Source: Polyangiaceae bacterium (lineage in GTDB: Bacteria > Myxococcota_A > Polyangia > Polyangiales > Polyangiaceae). From it: a stretch of DNA of 64,000 bases. The stretch's first letter is position 1; each line of letters starts with the position of its first letter. The position numbers and the translations under genes are program-made. Positions 30,444-40,503 of the stretch are shown piece after piece. The stretch lies in NCBI GenBank assembly GCA_044222475.1, contig JBGANF010000006.1:62379-126378 (forward strand), read 5' to 3'. The notes beneath the pieces were generated by a model. It was not told the origin of the DNA. It made no database searches and saw only the letters and a program-made list of their open reading frames with translations.

Positions 30444-30521
30444 GAGCGGGACAAGCCTAGCGAAATCCTGGGCGCGGAGAAAGGTGGGCGGCGGTGCTAC
30501 GATCGGCGCTGGAGGTCCCTG

Positions 30522-31088
30522 ATGAAACGGCTTGCTTGGGCGATTCTTACGGCCTCGCTCCTGGCGTGCGGCGCCTGCGGTGGAGGCACGGTCACGACCG
30601 GGACGGATGCGTCCACGAACGACGGCGGCACCGTGAACGACGGCTCGACCGTGGACGTGAACTACGGCGACGCCGGGACGTTCTGCGGCGCCAAGAAGGC
30701 CCACGACGAGGCCTGCCAGAAGACGTTCGACCAGACCGCGTGCCTCAACCTCGAGGCGTGCCTCGGCGCGGTCCTGAGGCCGGAGTCGTCGGCGGGCTAC
30801 CAGACGTGCCTCATCACCAAGGCGTGCAACGTGTCGGACGACAGCTGCATCGGCGCGGAGGAGGCGAAGTTCCTCCAGGACCCCGCGACGACCAAGTTCC
30901 GCCAGGACTGCTTCGCGCGCAACACGGCGTGCCTCGAGGCGGGGGCGTCGTTCGGCAACGACAGCTGCGGGACGTTCGGCGTCTTCAAGGACTCGTTCCG
31001 CGCGAGCTGGGCCGACTGTCTGACGAAGCCGTGCGATCAAATCGGAGCGTGCTTCTCGAACTTGGCGAAGGGGCAGAACTGCAGGTGA
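30522..31088 (+). CDS. Cys-rich lipoprotein
   Basis: SD GGAGG; lipobox LLAC; many Cys. Confidence 0.8.
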   Translation: MKRLAWAILTASLLACGACGGGTVTTGTDASTNDGGTVNDGSTVDVNYGDAGTFCGAKKAHDEACQKTFDQTACLNLEACLGAVLRPESSAGYQTCLITKACNVSDDSCIGAEEAKFLQDPATTKFRQDCFARNTACLEAGASFGNDSCGTFGVFKDSFRASWADCLTKPCDQIGACFSNLAKGQNCR

Positions 31089-31095
31089 AGGCGCT

Positions 31096-31365
31096 TCACT
31101 CGCACGTGACCGGGTAGTCGTAGCCGGCCCCGCCGGGCGAGGAATCCCAGAAGAACGGCTGCAGTGCCTCGAACGCACTGATCGCGCACGCGTCCACCGT
31201 GCCCGTGGCGCCACCCACGAGTGCGCGGTCGCACTCGCGCGCGCTGCCGCCGCTGCGTTCGACCAGGTCGTCGCCCAGGTCGCACTACCCTCGGCATCCG
31301 CCGCCGACGAGAGCGACCGTCGCGGTCACCACGAGGAGCGATGCTCGAGCCACGCCGAACGGCAT
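31096..31365 (-). pseudogene. Small lipoprotein-like gene interrupted by an in-frame TAG
   Basis: MPFGVARASLLVVTATVALVGGGCRG*CDLGDDLVERSGG...YDYPVTCE*; TAG at 31287-31285. Confidence 0.5.
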
Positions 31366-31467
31366 GTCAGCTCCGTAGCGCGACTATTTGCGCCCAACCT
31401 CGACTGAGAAGAAGGTGCGGGCGACGTCTTGACTTCATGCGCTCGAAACATAAAGCTGCCCTAATCA

Positions 31468-32124
31468 ATGACGTCCCGGCAGCTCGGCCTCTTTCAATCT
31501 TCGAAACGCGGGGGCGCGCGACCGGGGGCGGGTCGAAAGCCAGGCCTTCGGCCGATCGTCCTCCACCGCGCACGACCGAGCCACCGCGCGCGCCACCCAG
31601 TGCATGTGACGCTGCGCGCGCGACCGGGGTTGCCGTCGTTTCGGGAACAAGCTCTCTTCGGCGAAATGACCCGTGCGATCGCTGCGGCGTCGAGCTCTCC
31701 AGCGGTGGGCAGATCGTTTCGCGTGGTCGAGTTCTCGGTACAGACCAACCACGTCCACCTCGTCATCGAGGCGCACGACGCGCGTTCCCTCTCGCGCGGC
31801 ATGCTCGGCCTGAACGTGCGGCTGGCGCGAGCGATCAACGGTACCCTGCTCACGCGCGGAAAGGTGTGGAGGGAGCGCTACCACGCCCGTGCGCTCCAGA
31901 CGCCGCGAGAGGTGCGGAACGCGCTCGTCTACGTGCTGATGAACGCCAAGAAGCACGGGGTTCGTCTCACGGGCATCGACCGCTTCTCGTCGGCCCGGTG
32001 GTTCGACGGCTTCGTGGATCGCTCCGCAGTCGAGGGGCGACCGACGGCCGCGCCGAGGACGTGGCTCGGGGGGGTGGGCTGGCGCATGCACGGCCTGGTT
32101 CGCACGGACGAACGCCCGAGCTAG
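31468..32124 (+). CDS. RAYT/TnpA(REP)-like Y1 HUH transposase
   Basis: PVHVTLR, FSVQTNHVHLVIE (HUH), GKVWRERYH, YVLMN (catalytic Tyr). Confidence 0.88.
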   Translation: MTSRQLGLFQSSKRGGARPGAGRKPGLRPIVLHRARPSHRARHPVHVTLRARPGLPSFREQALFGEMTRAIAAASSSPAVGRSFRVVEFSVQTNHVHLVIEAHDARSLSRGMLGLNVRLARAINGTLLTRGKVWRERYHARALQTPREVRNALVYVLMNAKKHGVRLTGIDRFSSARWFDGFVDRSAVEGRPTAAPRTWLGGVGWRMHGLVRTDERPS

Positions 32125-32133
32125 GGAGCGCTC

Positions 32134-32460
32134 TCAGTCGACGCAGGCTTCCCACTCGTTGGCGTTTCCGGCTTTCAGCGCGCACTGGACTTGGCTCGCG
32201 CGCACCTCGGTCTCGCACTGGGTGCGCGCGCGGAGGTACTCGGGGCTCGTGCGCTTGTCCTGCTTCTTGACGTCGCGCACCGCGCCTCGAGTCTCCTCCG
32301 GGATCCCCTTGAGGCTCGGGTCGCCGTCGATCGTGAAGTCGACGTAGCGATCGAGGATCTGCTGGCACTCCTCCGGAGTCGCGTGGCGCGAGCAGGCGCC
32401 CAGCGTGAGCAGGGCCACTAGGCCAACTAGGCCAACGAGGTCGAAGGCGCGCATCCGCAC
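32134..32460 (-). CDS. Small Cys-containing lipoprotein
   Basis: Lipobox LGAC; C-terminal C..C..C pattern like that of the 29881-30443 protein. Confidence 0.75.
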   Translation of the reverse strand: MRMRAFDLVGLVGLVALLTLGACSRHATPEECQQILDRYVDFTIDGDPSLKGIPEETRGAVRDVKKQDKRTSPEYLRARTQCETEVRASQVQCALKAGNANEWEACVD

Positions 32461-32515
32461 GAGAGCTGTCTACTACGCTTGCAGAGTCCCCGGAAGGTCA
32501 GGCAAGGTTCGTTTC

Positions 32516-33619
32516 ATGGCTCGATTGATGAACTTCAACGCAGGTCCGGCGGCGCTTCCTCAGGCCGCGCTCGAACGCGCCCAGGCCGAGCTCCTCGAGC
32601 TCGGGAAAGCGGGCGCCTCCGTCCTCGAGATCAGCCACCGCGGCAAGGAGTTCGAGGCCGTCCACCACGAGACCATCGAGCGCCTGCGCCGGCTCGCCGG
32701 CATCGACGACTCGTGGGCGGTGCTGCTCGTGCAAGGCGGCGCGTCGCAGCAGTTCGCCCAGATCCCGATGGCGTTCCTCGGTGCCGGGAAGACCGCCGCG
32801 TACGCCGTGACCGGCGTCTGGGGCGAGAAGGCGATTCAAGAGGCCGAGCGCACCGCGAAGCTCCTCGGCGGCACCGTGAAGACGGCCGCCTCCACGAAGG
32901 ACGGAAACACCTACAAGCGCGCGGTCCGCGCCGGTGAGCTCGAGGTCGATCCGTCGCTCGCGTACGTCCACACGACCAGCAACGAGACCATCCACGGCGT
33001 GCAGCAGCACGTGACGCTCCTCACGTCACCGGTCCCTCACGTCTGCGACATGAGCAGCGACTTCCTCTGGAAGAAGACCGACTTCTCGCCGTACTCGTTC
33101 GTCTACGCGGGCGCGCAGAAGAACATCGGTCCGAGCGGCATCGTCGTCATCCTCGCGAAGAAGTCGTTTCTCGAGACGTCACGCAAGGACCTTCCGAAGA
33201 TCTTCGACTACGCGAACATCCTCGAGAACGACTCGCTCTACAACACACCTCCGACGTTCTCGATCTACCTCGCGCGCAACGTGCTCGCCTGGGTGGAGGA
33301 GCAGGGCGGGGTGGCCGCGGTCGAGACCCGCAACCGCGAGAAGGCGGCGCTCGTCTACCGCGCGCTCGACGACGCCGGCGGTTTCTACGATCTCCCGGTG
33401 GAGCGCGAGAGCCGCAGCACGATGAACGTCGTCTTCCGGATGAAGACCCCGGAGCTCGAAGAGAAGTTCCTCGCCGCGGCGAAAGCAGCCGGCATGATCG
33501 GGCTCAAGGGCCACCGATCCGTCGGCGGGATGCGCGCGTCGCTGTACAACGCCGTCTCGGTCGAGTGGGCGAAGGCGCTGTCCGAGCTGATCGCCGACTT
33601 CGCGAAGAAGAACGGTTGA
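32516..33619 (+). CDS. serC: Phosphoserine aminotransferase
   Basis: NFNAGPA, EISHR, QGGAS, NETIHG, DMSS, AGAQKNIG, NTPP, GHRSVGG. Confidence 0.97.
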   Translation: MARLMNFNAGPAALPQAALERAQAELLELGKAGASVLEISHRGKEFEAVHHETIERLRRLAGIDDSWAVLLVQGGASQQFAQIPMAFLGAGKTAAYAVTGVWGEKAIQEAERTAKLLGGTVKTAASTKDGNTYKRAVRAGELEVDPSLAYVHTTSNETIHGVQQHVTLLTSPVPHVCDMSSDFLWKKTDFSPYSFVYAGAQKNIGPSGIVVILAKKSFLETSRKDLPKIFDYANILENDSLYNTPPTFSIYLARNVLAWVEEQGGVAAVETRNREKAALVYRALDDAGGFYDLPVERESRSTMNVVFRMKTPELEEKFLAAAKAAGMIGLKGHRSVGGMRASLYNAVSVEWAKALSELIADFAKKNG

Positions 33620-33754
33620 GTCAGTGACGACGTCCCTCGATGCCAATCCCGCCGCGTAGCGGAGGGACCGCGTGGCGGGGAGGCTCGTTCGGCTTCGCCG
33701 GGCCTTCTCGAGTGAGGGCGGAGGCGGCGCGTGCCGCCTTCCCCAGGATGAGGC

Positions 33755-33973
33755 TCACTTCTTCTTGGTCAGACCCGCGAGCGCCTTCTCGAGCGCCTCG
33801 CCGACGCCCTCGGGCACGCCTTCGGCGCGGGCCCACTGGTCGGCCTTGAGGAGGGTCGTCTTCGCCTGAGCGGCGAGCTTCACGCGGCGGCCGCGCGAAA
33901 GGGTGGTGAAGCGCTTCTGCGCCTCGGTCGGCATCGCGCGCTTGGCGGGTTCGAGATATCCACGCATGGTCAT
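33755..33973 (-). CDS. Small basic hypothetical protein
   Basis: SD GAGGA; typical codon bias. Confidence 0.6.
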   Translation of the reverse strand: MTMRGYLEPAKRAMPTEAQKRFTTLSRGRRVKLAAQAKTTLLKADQWARAEGVPEGVGEALEKALAGLTKKK

Positions 33974-34036
33974 TTCCTCGGAAAAGGGCCGCGATCTCTA
34001 ACCGAAACCCCCGGCCCGCGCAAGCGCCCTGAAAAG

Positions 34037-35245
34037 TCAGGGCTGAGCGGGCGGGACGAAGCTCAGGATGCATGCCCCCTCGCTGCGGAACGAGACGCTC
34101 GTCTTCGCGAGGTTGGCCAGGTCGGCGTCCATGATGGCGTGCACCTTCACGTCGCCGCTGACGGTCTTGTCCATGCCGAAGAGCTGAGCGAACGCGCTCG
34201 CGGTGGCGGCGACGGTGCCGCCCACGGTCTGCGAAGCCACGGTCTTCACCGCCTCGGCGCAGCTCATCGCGGTCGTCGTCGACTCCAGGTGCGCCAAGAT
34301 GGTCGCCGGCGTGCGCTCGACGCTCCCGGTCACGTCACCGCGAAACGGTCCGGCTTGGATCGACCCGCCGCTGATCGGCCACTTGTCGCCCTTGCCGGCG
34401 TAGCGCACGTCGAGCGCGACCGAGGTCGGGGTCGGCGCGTGTCCGAGGTAGACCCTGTCCGCACTGAAGGTGACGTGGCCCTCGGTCGCGCCGGCCTTCT
34501 CGTGGTGGTCGACGTGGAGCTCGGCGAGCGTGCCATCCTCGGCGATCAAGCCCAGCGCCGCCGACGGGATGCCGACGTCGGCCGCCTTCGACTTCGGGAC
34601 GTTGATGGTCACATCGCGTGTGCCGTCTCCGAGCGACAGCTCCGCGAACGCCGGGCCGGCCGGAGCGGCAGCCCGCAGCGTCATCGTCGGCCCGGTTCGC
34701 TTGAAGGAGGTCTTGTACGTCCCGAAGGTGAGCGTGCGGAGCGAGACCGAGACCTCGGCGGTGACGTCGTCGTCGGAGCCGCCGAGGATCGTGTGGCCCT
34801 TCACGTCGCGCGCATCCACCATCGCCTCGCCGTAGGCGTGGCGCCAACTGACGATCCCGCCGTCGACGTCGACGCGCATCGTGGACGAGGGGGCCGGCGC
34901 CTTCGCGAGCGCCGCTCGCGCGTCCGCCATCGGACCGTCCATGTCGAGCACCGGCGCGTGGAGCTCGAGCGTCTTCGGCGTCAATCCGTCGAGGTCCATG
35001 GTGAGGTTCGGGATCGTGAGCTTCATCCCGGGAACCGCGTCGAACGTCGCGACGACGTTCTTCGCGCGTGCTCGCCCGAGGCCGACGTCGACGTCGTCGA
35101 CGGCGAGCGTGATGCCTCGCGCGTGAGCCTCTTCGATCAGGCGCTTCTTGGCGTACCACGGCACGATCACCGCCGCCGCGACGACGGCCGCGAGCACCGT
35201 CACGATCAGCGCGAGGGTCCGCAGGGAGCGTGACGGAGAGGCCAC
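34037..35245 (-). CDS. Membrane-anchored hypothetical protein (AsmA-like beta-rich)
   Basis: N-terminal TM helix, beta-strand-rich body. Confidence 0.7.
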   Translation of the reverse strand: MASPSRSLRTLALIVTVLAAVVAAAVIVPWYAKKRLIEEAHARGITLAVDDVDVGLGRARAKNVVATFDAVPGMKLTIPNLTMDLDGLTPKTLELHAPVLDMDGPMADARAALAKAPAPSSTMRVDVDGGIVSWRHAYGEAMVDARDVKGHTILGGSDDDVTAEVSVSLRTLTFGTYKTSFKRTGPTMTLRAAAPAGPAFAELSLGDGTRDVTINVPKSKAADVGIPSAALGLIAEDGTLAELHVDHHEKAGATEGHVTFSADRVYLGHAPTPTSVALDVRYAGKGDKWPISGGSIQAGPFRGDVTGSVERTPATILAHLESTTTAMSCAEAVKTVASQTVGGTVAATASAFAQLFGMDKTVSGDVKVHAIMDADLANLAKTSVSFRSEGACILSFVPPAQP

Positions 35246-35286
35246 GTCGCCGAGTGAAGCACAGTGGTGTAGCCTTGGCGTCCGAA

Positions 35287-37104
35287 ATGAGCGCGGTCGT
35301 CGTCACCGGAACGGTCAACCTCGCATCGCCCGTCGAGGCGGTGTGGCCGCTCATCATCGACACCGATCGCATGAACCGCCTCATCGGGATGGACGCGGTG
35401 GAGTACAAACCGATCGGCGACCCGCAGCGCACGCCGGCTCGCTTCATCGCCGAGACGCGCATCTCGGGGTTCAAGGTGCGTTACGAGGAAGCGCCGTTCG
35501 AGTGGACCTACCTCCGCGACTTCGGCGTGCACCGTCGCTTTCTCGAAGGGCCGATGGAGTACCTGCGCATGCGGTGGACGCTCGCGCCCGGAGTCGTCTC
35601 CGAGGGTGGCTTCGAAGGCGGGACGAAGCTCTCCATCACGTTCGAGACGCAGCCCAAGCTAGCCTTGCTCCGGCCGATGGCCTGGTTCGGTGGTCGGCGC
35701 GCGGTGCAGAACCTCCTCTCGCTCGGCGAAGCGATCGATCGACACGTGCGCGACCACGCGCCCAGCCCGTTCCTCAAGCCGGCCGCACCGGCCGACGCCG
35801 ACGCGGTGTCTCGGGCCGAGGCGCGCATCGTCGAGCGCGGGGTGGACGCGGACCTCGCGGCGAAGCTCGCGGTGTGGGTCCGTGATTGCGCCGACGCCGA
35901 CGCGATCCGCATGCGCCCATTCGAGCTCGCCGACGAGTGGGGCGTCGATCGTCGAGCGCTCCTGCGGGCGTTTCTGCACGGCGTGCCGGCCGGTTTGGTC
36001 GAGCTCCGCTGGGCGATCGTGTGCCCGAGCTGCCGAGGTCCCAGCGAAGAGGTCACCGAGCTCTCGCAGATCAGCCTCGAAGGGCACTGCCAGATGTGCG
36101 ACATCGCGTTCGAGCTCGAGCTCGATCAAGCCGTCGAGGCGACGTTCCACCCGCACCCCGCGGTTCGCGTGGTGCCGACGCAGTCGTTCTGCATCGGCGG
36201 GCCGGCTCGCACGCCTCACGTGCTCGCGCAGGCGAACGTGGAGAAGGGTGACCATCGTCCCATCGTGGTACCGGCGGAGCTGGGGCGGTATCGGCTCTTC
36301 GGACGCGGCGGCGCCCGAGCGACGGTTCGAGTGGAGGAAGGAGCGCCCGAAGCGGTGAGCGCGCTCTTCGCCGACGAGAAGCTCGACCCGGTCGAGATCG
36401 CGATCGCCCCGCGCGGCACGATCGACGTGAAGAACGACGAGCCCGAGCCTCGTCACGTGAAGCTCGAGCGGCTCGCGTACGCGAGCACCGCGGCGACGGC
36501 TCACGTGGTTTCGACGCTGCCCGAGTTTCGCTCCATCTTCTCGCGCGATCTGCTCAAGCGAGAGACGCCCCTCAAGGTCGCGCGAGTCGCCATCCTGTTC
36601 TCCGATCTCACCGGATCGACGGCGCTCTACAGCGACGTCGGCGACGCGGCGGCGTTTCGTCTCGTCGACGACCACTTCGACGTCCTCCGGAAGGCGATCG
36701 CCGAGCACGACGGCGTCCTCGTGAAGACGATGGGCGACGCCGTCATGGCGGCGTTCGTCGACGAGAAGGCGTGCTTGGTCGCCGCGGTCGCGTGCCTCGA
36801 GGCGTTCGAGCAGTTCCGGGCCAACGCCAAGCACGGCGAGCTCACGCACCTGAAGCTCGGGCTCTATGGCGGGGCCTGCTACGTCGTCACCGCGAACGCG
36901 GCGCTCGACTACTTCGGGCAGACCGTGAACGTCGCGTCGCGTCTCCAGCACCTCGCCGGGAGCGGTGAGATCGTCGTCGAGACGCGGCTCGCCGACGAGG
37001 CGCGGAAGATCGGGAAGCTGACGGTCTCGGAGCCGTTCGAGGCCAAGGTGAAGGGCGTGGCCGAGCCGATTTCCCTGGTCCGCCTCGCGCTCTCGAAGAA
37101 GTGA
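35287..37104 (+). CDS. Adenylate cyclase with SRPBCC-like N-terminus and DUF5939-like zinc-ribbon domain
   Basis: CPSC..CQMC, FCIGGP; FSDLTGST, VKTMGDA, DYFGQTVNVASR. Confidence 0.9.
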   Translation: MSAVVVTGTVNLASPVEAVWPLIIDTDRMNRLIGMDAVEYKPIGDPQRTPARFIAETRISGFKVRYEEAPFEWTYLRDFGVHRRFLEGPMEYLRMRWTLAPGVVSEGGFEGGTKLSITFETQPKLALLRPMAWFGGRRAVQNLLSLGEAIDRHVRDHAPSPFLKPAAPADADAVSRAEARIVERGVDADLAAKLAVWVRDCADADAIRMRPFELADEWGVDRRALLRAFLHGVPAGLVELRWAIVCPSCRGPSEEVTELSQISLEGHCQMCDIAFELELDQAVEATFHPHPAVRVVPTQSFCIGGPARTPHVLAQANVEKGDHRPIVVPAELGRYRLFGRGGARATVRVEEGAPEAVSALFADEKLDPVEIAIAPRGTIDVKNDEPEPRHVKLERLAYASTAATAHVVSTLPEFRSIFSRDLLKRETPLKVARVAILFSDLTGSTALYSDVGDAAAFRLVDDHFDVLRKAIAEHDGVLVKTMGDAVMAAFVDEKACLVAAVACLEAFEQFRANAKHGELTHLKLGLYGGACYVVTANAALDYFGQTVNVASRLQHLAGSGEIVVETRLADEARKIGKLTVSEPFEAKVKGVAEPISLVRLALSKK

Positions 37105-37153
37105 CATTTCTCCGACATCGGGGCCCGATTCCCGCGTATCCACAGCGGGGTTC

Positions 37154-38227
37154 ATGGGGATGCAGGGGCGGTGGGGTGCGTTGGGACTAGGTCTGGCGAT
37201 CGGCTCGACGTCGACTGCTGCGTTCGCGCGCGGCGTGCCGCCGATGGCCAACGAGGACGACACCGTTCTCACCGAAGCCACGGAGACGCTCGACGGTTCG
37301 CTGGGCAGCCGCCCGGCGTCGTCGCCGCCGCTGCCGCCCTCGACCTCCCCACCGCCGCCGCCGCCGGTTCCGGCTCAGCCCAGTGTCGCGGTCCCGCCGT
37401 CGCTTCCCTGGAGCTTGCGACCTCCCGCCGTCGCGAACGTCGTTCGCCTCGACGGGGCGCTCGGGATCTACCGCGATGGAGTCGCGTTTGCGCCGACCCT
37501 CCTGGGGATGGTGAAGATCGTGGACGACTTCGGCGCGGTGATTCGAGTCGGAGTCGCGCACGTCAATGCCGCCCGCGAGGTCTTGCAGACTGCCTTCGAC
37601 GACGTCGCGATCGGCCTCTACTGCGCCCCGAAGTTCGCCGTCGGCTGGCGCGCGTCTCTCTTCGCCGCGGGCACGCTCCCGGTGGGTACCGGCGGTGGCA
37701 GCGACGTCACCGCCGAAGTGAACGCGACGCCGTCGGCCAAGGACGTCCCCATCGGATACAAGGCGCTCGGAGCTGCAGCCGCCGCGCGCGGGTCGATGGA
37801 CAACATGCTCTATGCCGTGAACTACGTCGCGTTCGCGATCGGCGCGGGCATGTCGTACGCGGCACCCAACGGATTCAGCGTCCAATTCGAGGGGACGGTG
37901 TTCGGCTTGGGCAGGATAGGCGGTGTCACCTACGAGCCGGACGAGGGGAAGATCAATTTCACGACTGGCGTTCACGTCGGCCACACTCTGGGCCCGGTGA
38001 ACCTGAGCCTCGAAGTGCGCTACCAGCGGTGGCTCAGCACCCCCGTCGCGGTCGAGAAGGACGACGCGAAGCGCGACACGCTCACCGCGGGCATCGGCGC
38101 CCGCACGCGCTTCAAGGTCGCTGGCCTGACGCTCCGCCCCGGCATCGCCTACTTCGAGCCGCTCGACGATCCGCTCGCTGCCGCTGGGTATCACATGCTC
38201 GTGTTCGACGTTCCGGTCGTCTTCTGA
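37154..38227 (+). CDS. Putative outer-membrane beta-barrel protein
   Basis: Signal peptide, amphipathic strands, terminal Phe. Confidence 0.65.
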   Translation: MGMQGRWGALGLGLAIGSTSTAAFARGVPPMANEDDTVLTEATETLDGSLGSRPASSPPLPPSTSPPPPPPVPAQPSVAVPPSLPWSLRPPAVANVVRLDGALGIYRDGVAFAPTLLGMVKIVDDFGAVIRVGVAHVNAAREVLQTAFDDVAIGLYCAPKFAVGWRASLFAAGTLPVGTGGGSDVTAEVNATPSAKDVPIGYKALGAAAAARGSMDNMLYAVNYVAFAIGAGMSYAAPNGFSVQFEGTVFGLGRIGGVTYEPDEGKINFTTGVHVGHTLGPVNLSLEVRYQRWLSTPVAVEKDDAKRDTLTAGIGARTRFKVAGLTLRPGIAYFEPLDDPLAAAGYHMLVFDVPVVF

Positions 38228-38285
38228 TCTTTTTTCGACATCGCTCGGACGCTCGCGCGTAGGTGGGCTGAAGAGGGAGGAAATC

Positions 38286-39689
38286 ATGGGGAACTACGTT
38301 CGCGCGTCTCTGTACGCGCTCGGACTCGGGGTGACGTGTATTTCGGTGGCGGCGTGCTCGAGCGACGATGGGACGTCGCCGGCGCCGGACTCGGGGGCGA
38401 GCGATGCGACGCCGGACGTAGTGCTCGACACGGCCGCGCCCGACGCGGACTCTGGTCCCGCCTTGGTCGACAACACGTGGACGACGGCCGAATGGACCAA
38501 GATCCAGACGCTGTCGCCGCTCCCCGCGGTGCCGAAGGACACGACGAACAAGTACGCCGACGACGCCAACGCGGCGAAGCTCGGGCAGATGCTCTTCTAC
38601 GACCGGAGCTACTCGGGCGCGCTGACCGTCGGAAACGACGGGACCAACGGCGGCCTCGGGGCGATCGGCGAGACCGGCAAGGTTTCGTGCGCGAGCTGCC
38701 ACGGCAAGACGGCGCCCACGATGGACGACGACCGCTCGACTCCGCCGAACGTCTCCCTCGGCACCAACTTCGGGACCCGCAACGCGCTCTCGATCGTGAA
38801 CTCGTCGTTCTATGCGTGGACGAACTGGGGCGGTCGCTTCGACTCGCAGTGGTCGCTCCCGCTCACGGTGGCGGAGAACGGGAACATCATGAAGAGCTCG
38901 CGTCTCCAGATCGCGCACATGATCTGGGACAAGTACAAGACCGAGTACGAAGCGGTCTTCGGCGCGCTCGATACGCGGCTCGATCCCAACTCGCCGAACG
39001 CCGCCGACTTCCCTGCGACGGGGAAGCTCGACGACAACTCGAACGATGGGAAGATCCTCAATCGGATCTACGCCAACTACGGAAAGGCGCTGCAGGCGTA
39101 CATGCGCCTCGTCGTCAGCCGCAACACCGACCTCGACAAGTACGTCGCGGGCACCTACGGCGCGCTGTCGACGAACGAGAAGGAAGGCCTCCGCGTGTTC
39201 ATCGGCAAGGGCAAGTGCGTGACCTGTCACTCCGGTCCGAACATGGCGGATGATCAGTTCTACGCGCTCGGCGTCCCCCAGACCGGTCCGCACGTCCCGG
39301 CGACGGACAACGGGCGCTTCCAAGACGTTCCCGGGCTCCTCACGAGCATCTTCAACGTCAACGGTGACTACAGCGACGACAAGACGACGACCAAGCTCAC
39401 CGGTCTCGCCCAGGATCCCGGTCAGAAGGGACGCTTCCGCACGAAGAGCCTGCGCGGCGTGTCGCGCTCCGGCCCGTACATGCACTCCGGGCAGTTCGCG
39501 ACCCTCGAAGAGGTCGTCGACTTCTACGACGTCGGCGGTGGTGACGTGGGCGATGCCGGCGCCGTCAAGGACCCGAAGATCACGCCGCTCGGTCTCACCG
39601 CCGCGGAGAAGCAGAACCTCGTCGCGTTCATGAAGAAGCTCGAGGGCGAAGCCGTCGCTCCCGCGCTGCTCAAAGACACGTCGAAGTGA
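38286..39689 (+). CDS. Di-heme cytochrome c peroxidase family lipoprotein (bCcP/MauG superfamily)
   Basis: CASCH, CVTCH, LGQMLFYD, WGGR, FRTKSLR, PYMHSG. Confidence 0.93.
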   Translation: MGNYVRASLYALGLGVTCISVAACSSDDGTSPAPDSGASDATPDVVLDTAAPDADSGPALVDNTWTTAEWTKIQTLSPLPAVPKDTTNKYADDANAAKLGQMLFYDRSYSGALTVGNDGTNGGLGAIGETGKVSCASCHGKTAPTMDDDRSTPPNVSLGTNFGTRNALSIVNSSFYAWTNWGGRFDSQWSLPLTVAENGNIMKSSRLQIAHMIWDKYKTEYEAVFGALDTRLDPNSPNAADFPATGKLDDNSNDGKILNRIYANYGKALQAYMRLVVSRNTDLDKYVAGTYGALSTNEKEGLRVFIGKGKCVTCHSGPNMADDQFYALGVPQTGPHVPATDNGRFQDVPGLLTSIFNVNGDYSDDKTTTKLTGLAQDPGQKGRFRTKSLRGVSRSGPYMHSGQFATLEEVVDFYDVGGGDVGDAGAVKDPKITPLGLTAAEKQNLVAFMKKLEGEAVAPALLKDTSK

Positions 39690-39690
39690 C

Positions 39691-40503
39691 TCACTGTGCG
39701 GTGTAGAGCACGTCGTCGAAGCGAACCGTCGTCGGCACGTTGCTGGCGACGGAGAGCTGGGCGCCGACGCGAATGTCTCGATTCTTCGCGTTGCCCAGGG
39801 CAGCGGGTCCGCTACCGGACTTCTGCGTGCCGTCGAGGCTCACGGTGAAGCCCGGGTTCGTGCTCGGTCGCACCTCGAGCGAGACGTGGTTCCACGTCCC
39901 GATCGCGTAGTAGCCAATCTGGACCCCCTGCGCGCCGTTTCCGTCCGACACGTCGAGCATGAGCTCCTGCTGGCCGGTGACGGAGAGGGCGTACTTCGCC
40001 GTCCCGATTTGGGCGGTGAAGGTCAACAGCGAGATCCGAACGGCGACCTTCGTCTCGACTCGGAAGGCGTAGCGCAGGGTGACGGCCTGCGCTGCGCCGG
40101 GATCCGACCACGCGAACGCGAGCTCGGCCGCTGCGGGTCCTTGGAAACCCGGGAGCGTGCTCGCGGCCGAGTGGCTCGAGCTGTAGAACTGCGTGGCGTC
40201 GAGCGCGAGCGTGCCGTTGCCGACTTGGTTCGTCGTCGTCCAACCTTGGTCGACGGAAAACTTCTCGAAGTCGGCGCACAGGAGGGCGCCGCTCACCTTG
40301 TTGCAGTCGATCGGCGCCGGCGGCGCCCACGCGTCGACCGCGTCGATGGTCGCGTCGCTCGCGCCGTCGTTGCTTGCGTCCTGGGTGGCGCGATCGACCG
40401 CGACGTCGGCCGGGCCGCCGTCGCCCGCGTCACTCGACGCAAACTCGTCCGTCGAGCAAGCGACGAGCGCGCCCGCTCCGAGAACCCAAAGGACGTGGCG
40501 CAT
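39691..40503 (-). CDS. Hypothetical lipoprotein (lectin/LamG-like beta sandwich)
   Basis: Lipobox LVAC; LCADFE, WNHVSL, VRFDDV. Confidence 0.75.
   Translation of the reverse strand: MRHVLWVLGAGALVACSTDEFASSDAGDGGPADVAVDRATQDASNDGASDATIDAVDAWAPPAPIDCNKVSGALLCADFEKFSVDQGWTTTNQVGNGTLALDATQFYSSSHSAASTLPGFQGPAAAELAFAWSDPGAAQAVTLRYAFRVETKVAVRISLLTFTAQIGTAKYALSVTGQQELMLDVSDGNGAQGVQIGYYAIGTWNHVSLEVRPSTNPGFTVSLDGTQKSGSGPAALGNAKNRDIRVGAQLSVASNVPTTVRFDDVLYTAQ

Noticed and set aside
31468..32124. IS200/IS605 element with TnpB/omega RNA
   Set aside because: No tnpB or iscB and no subterminal hairpin ends identified.
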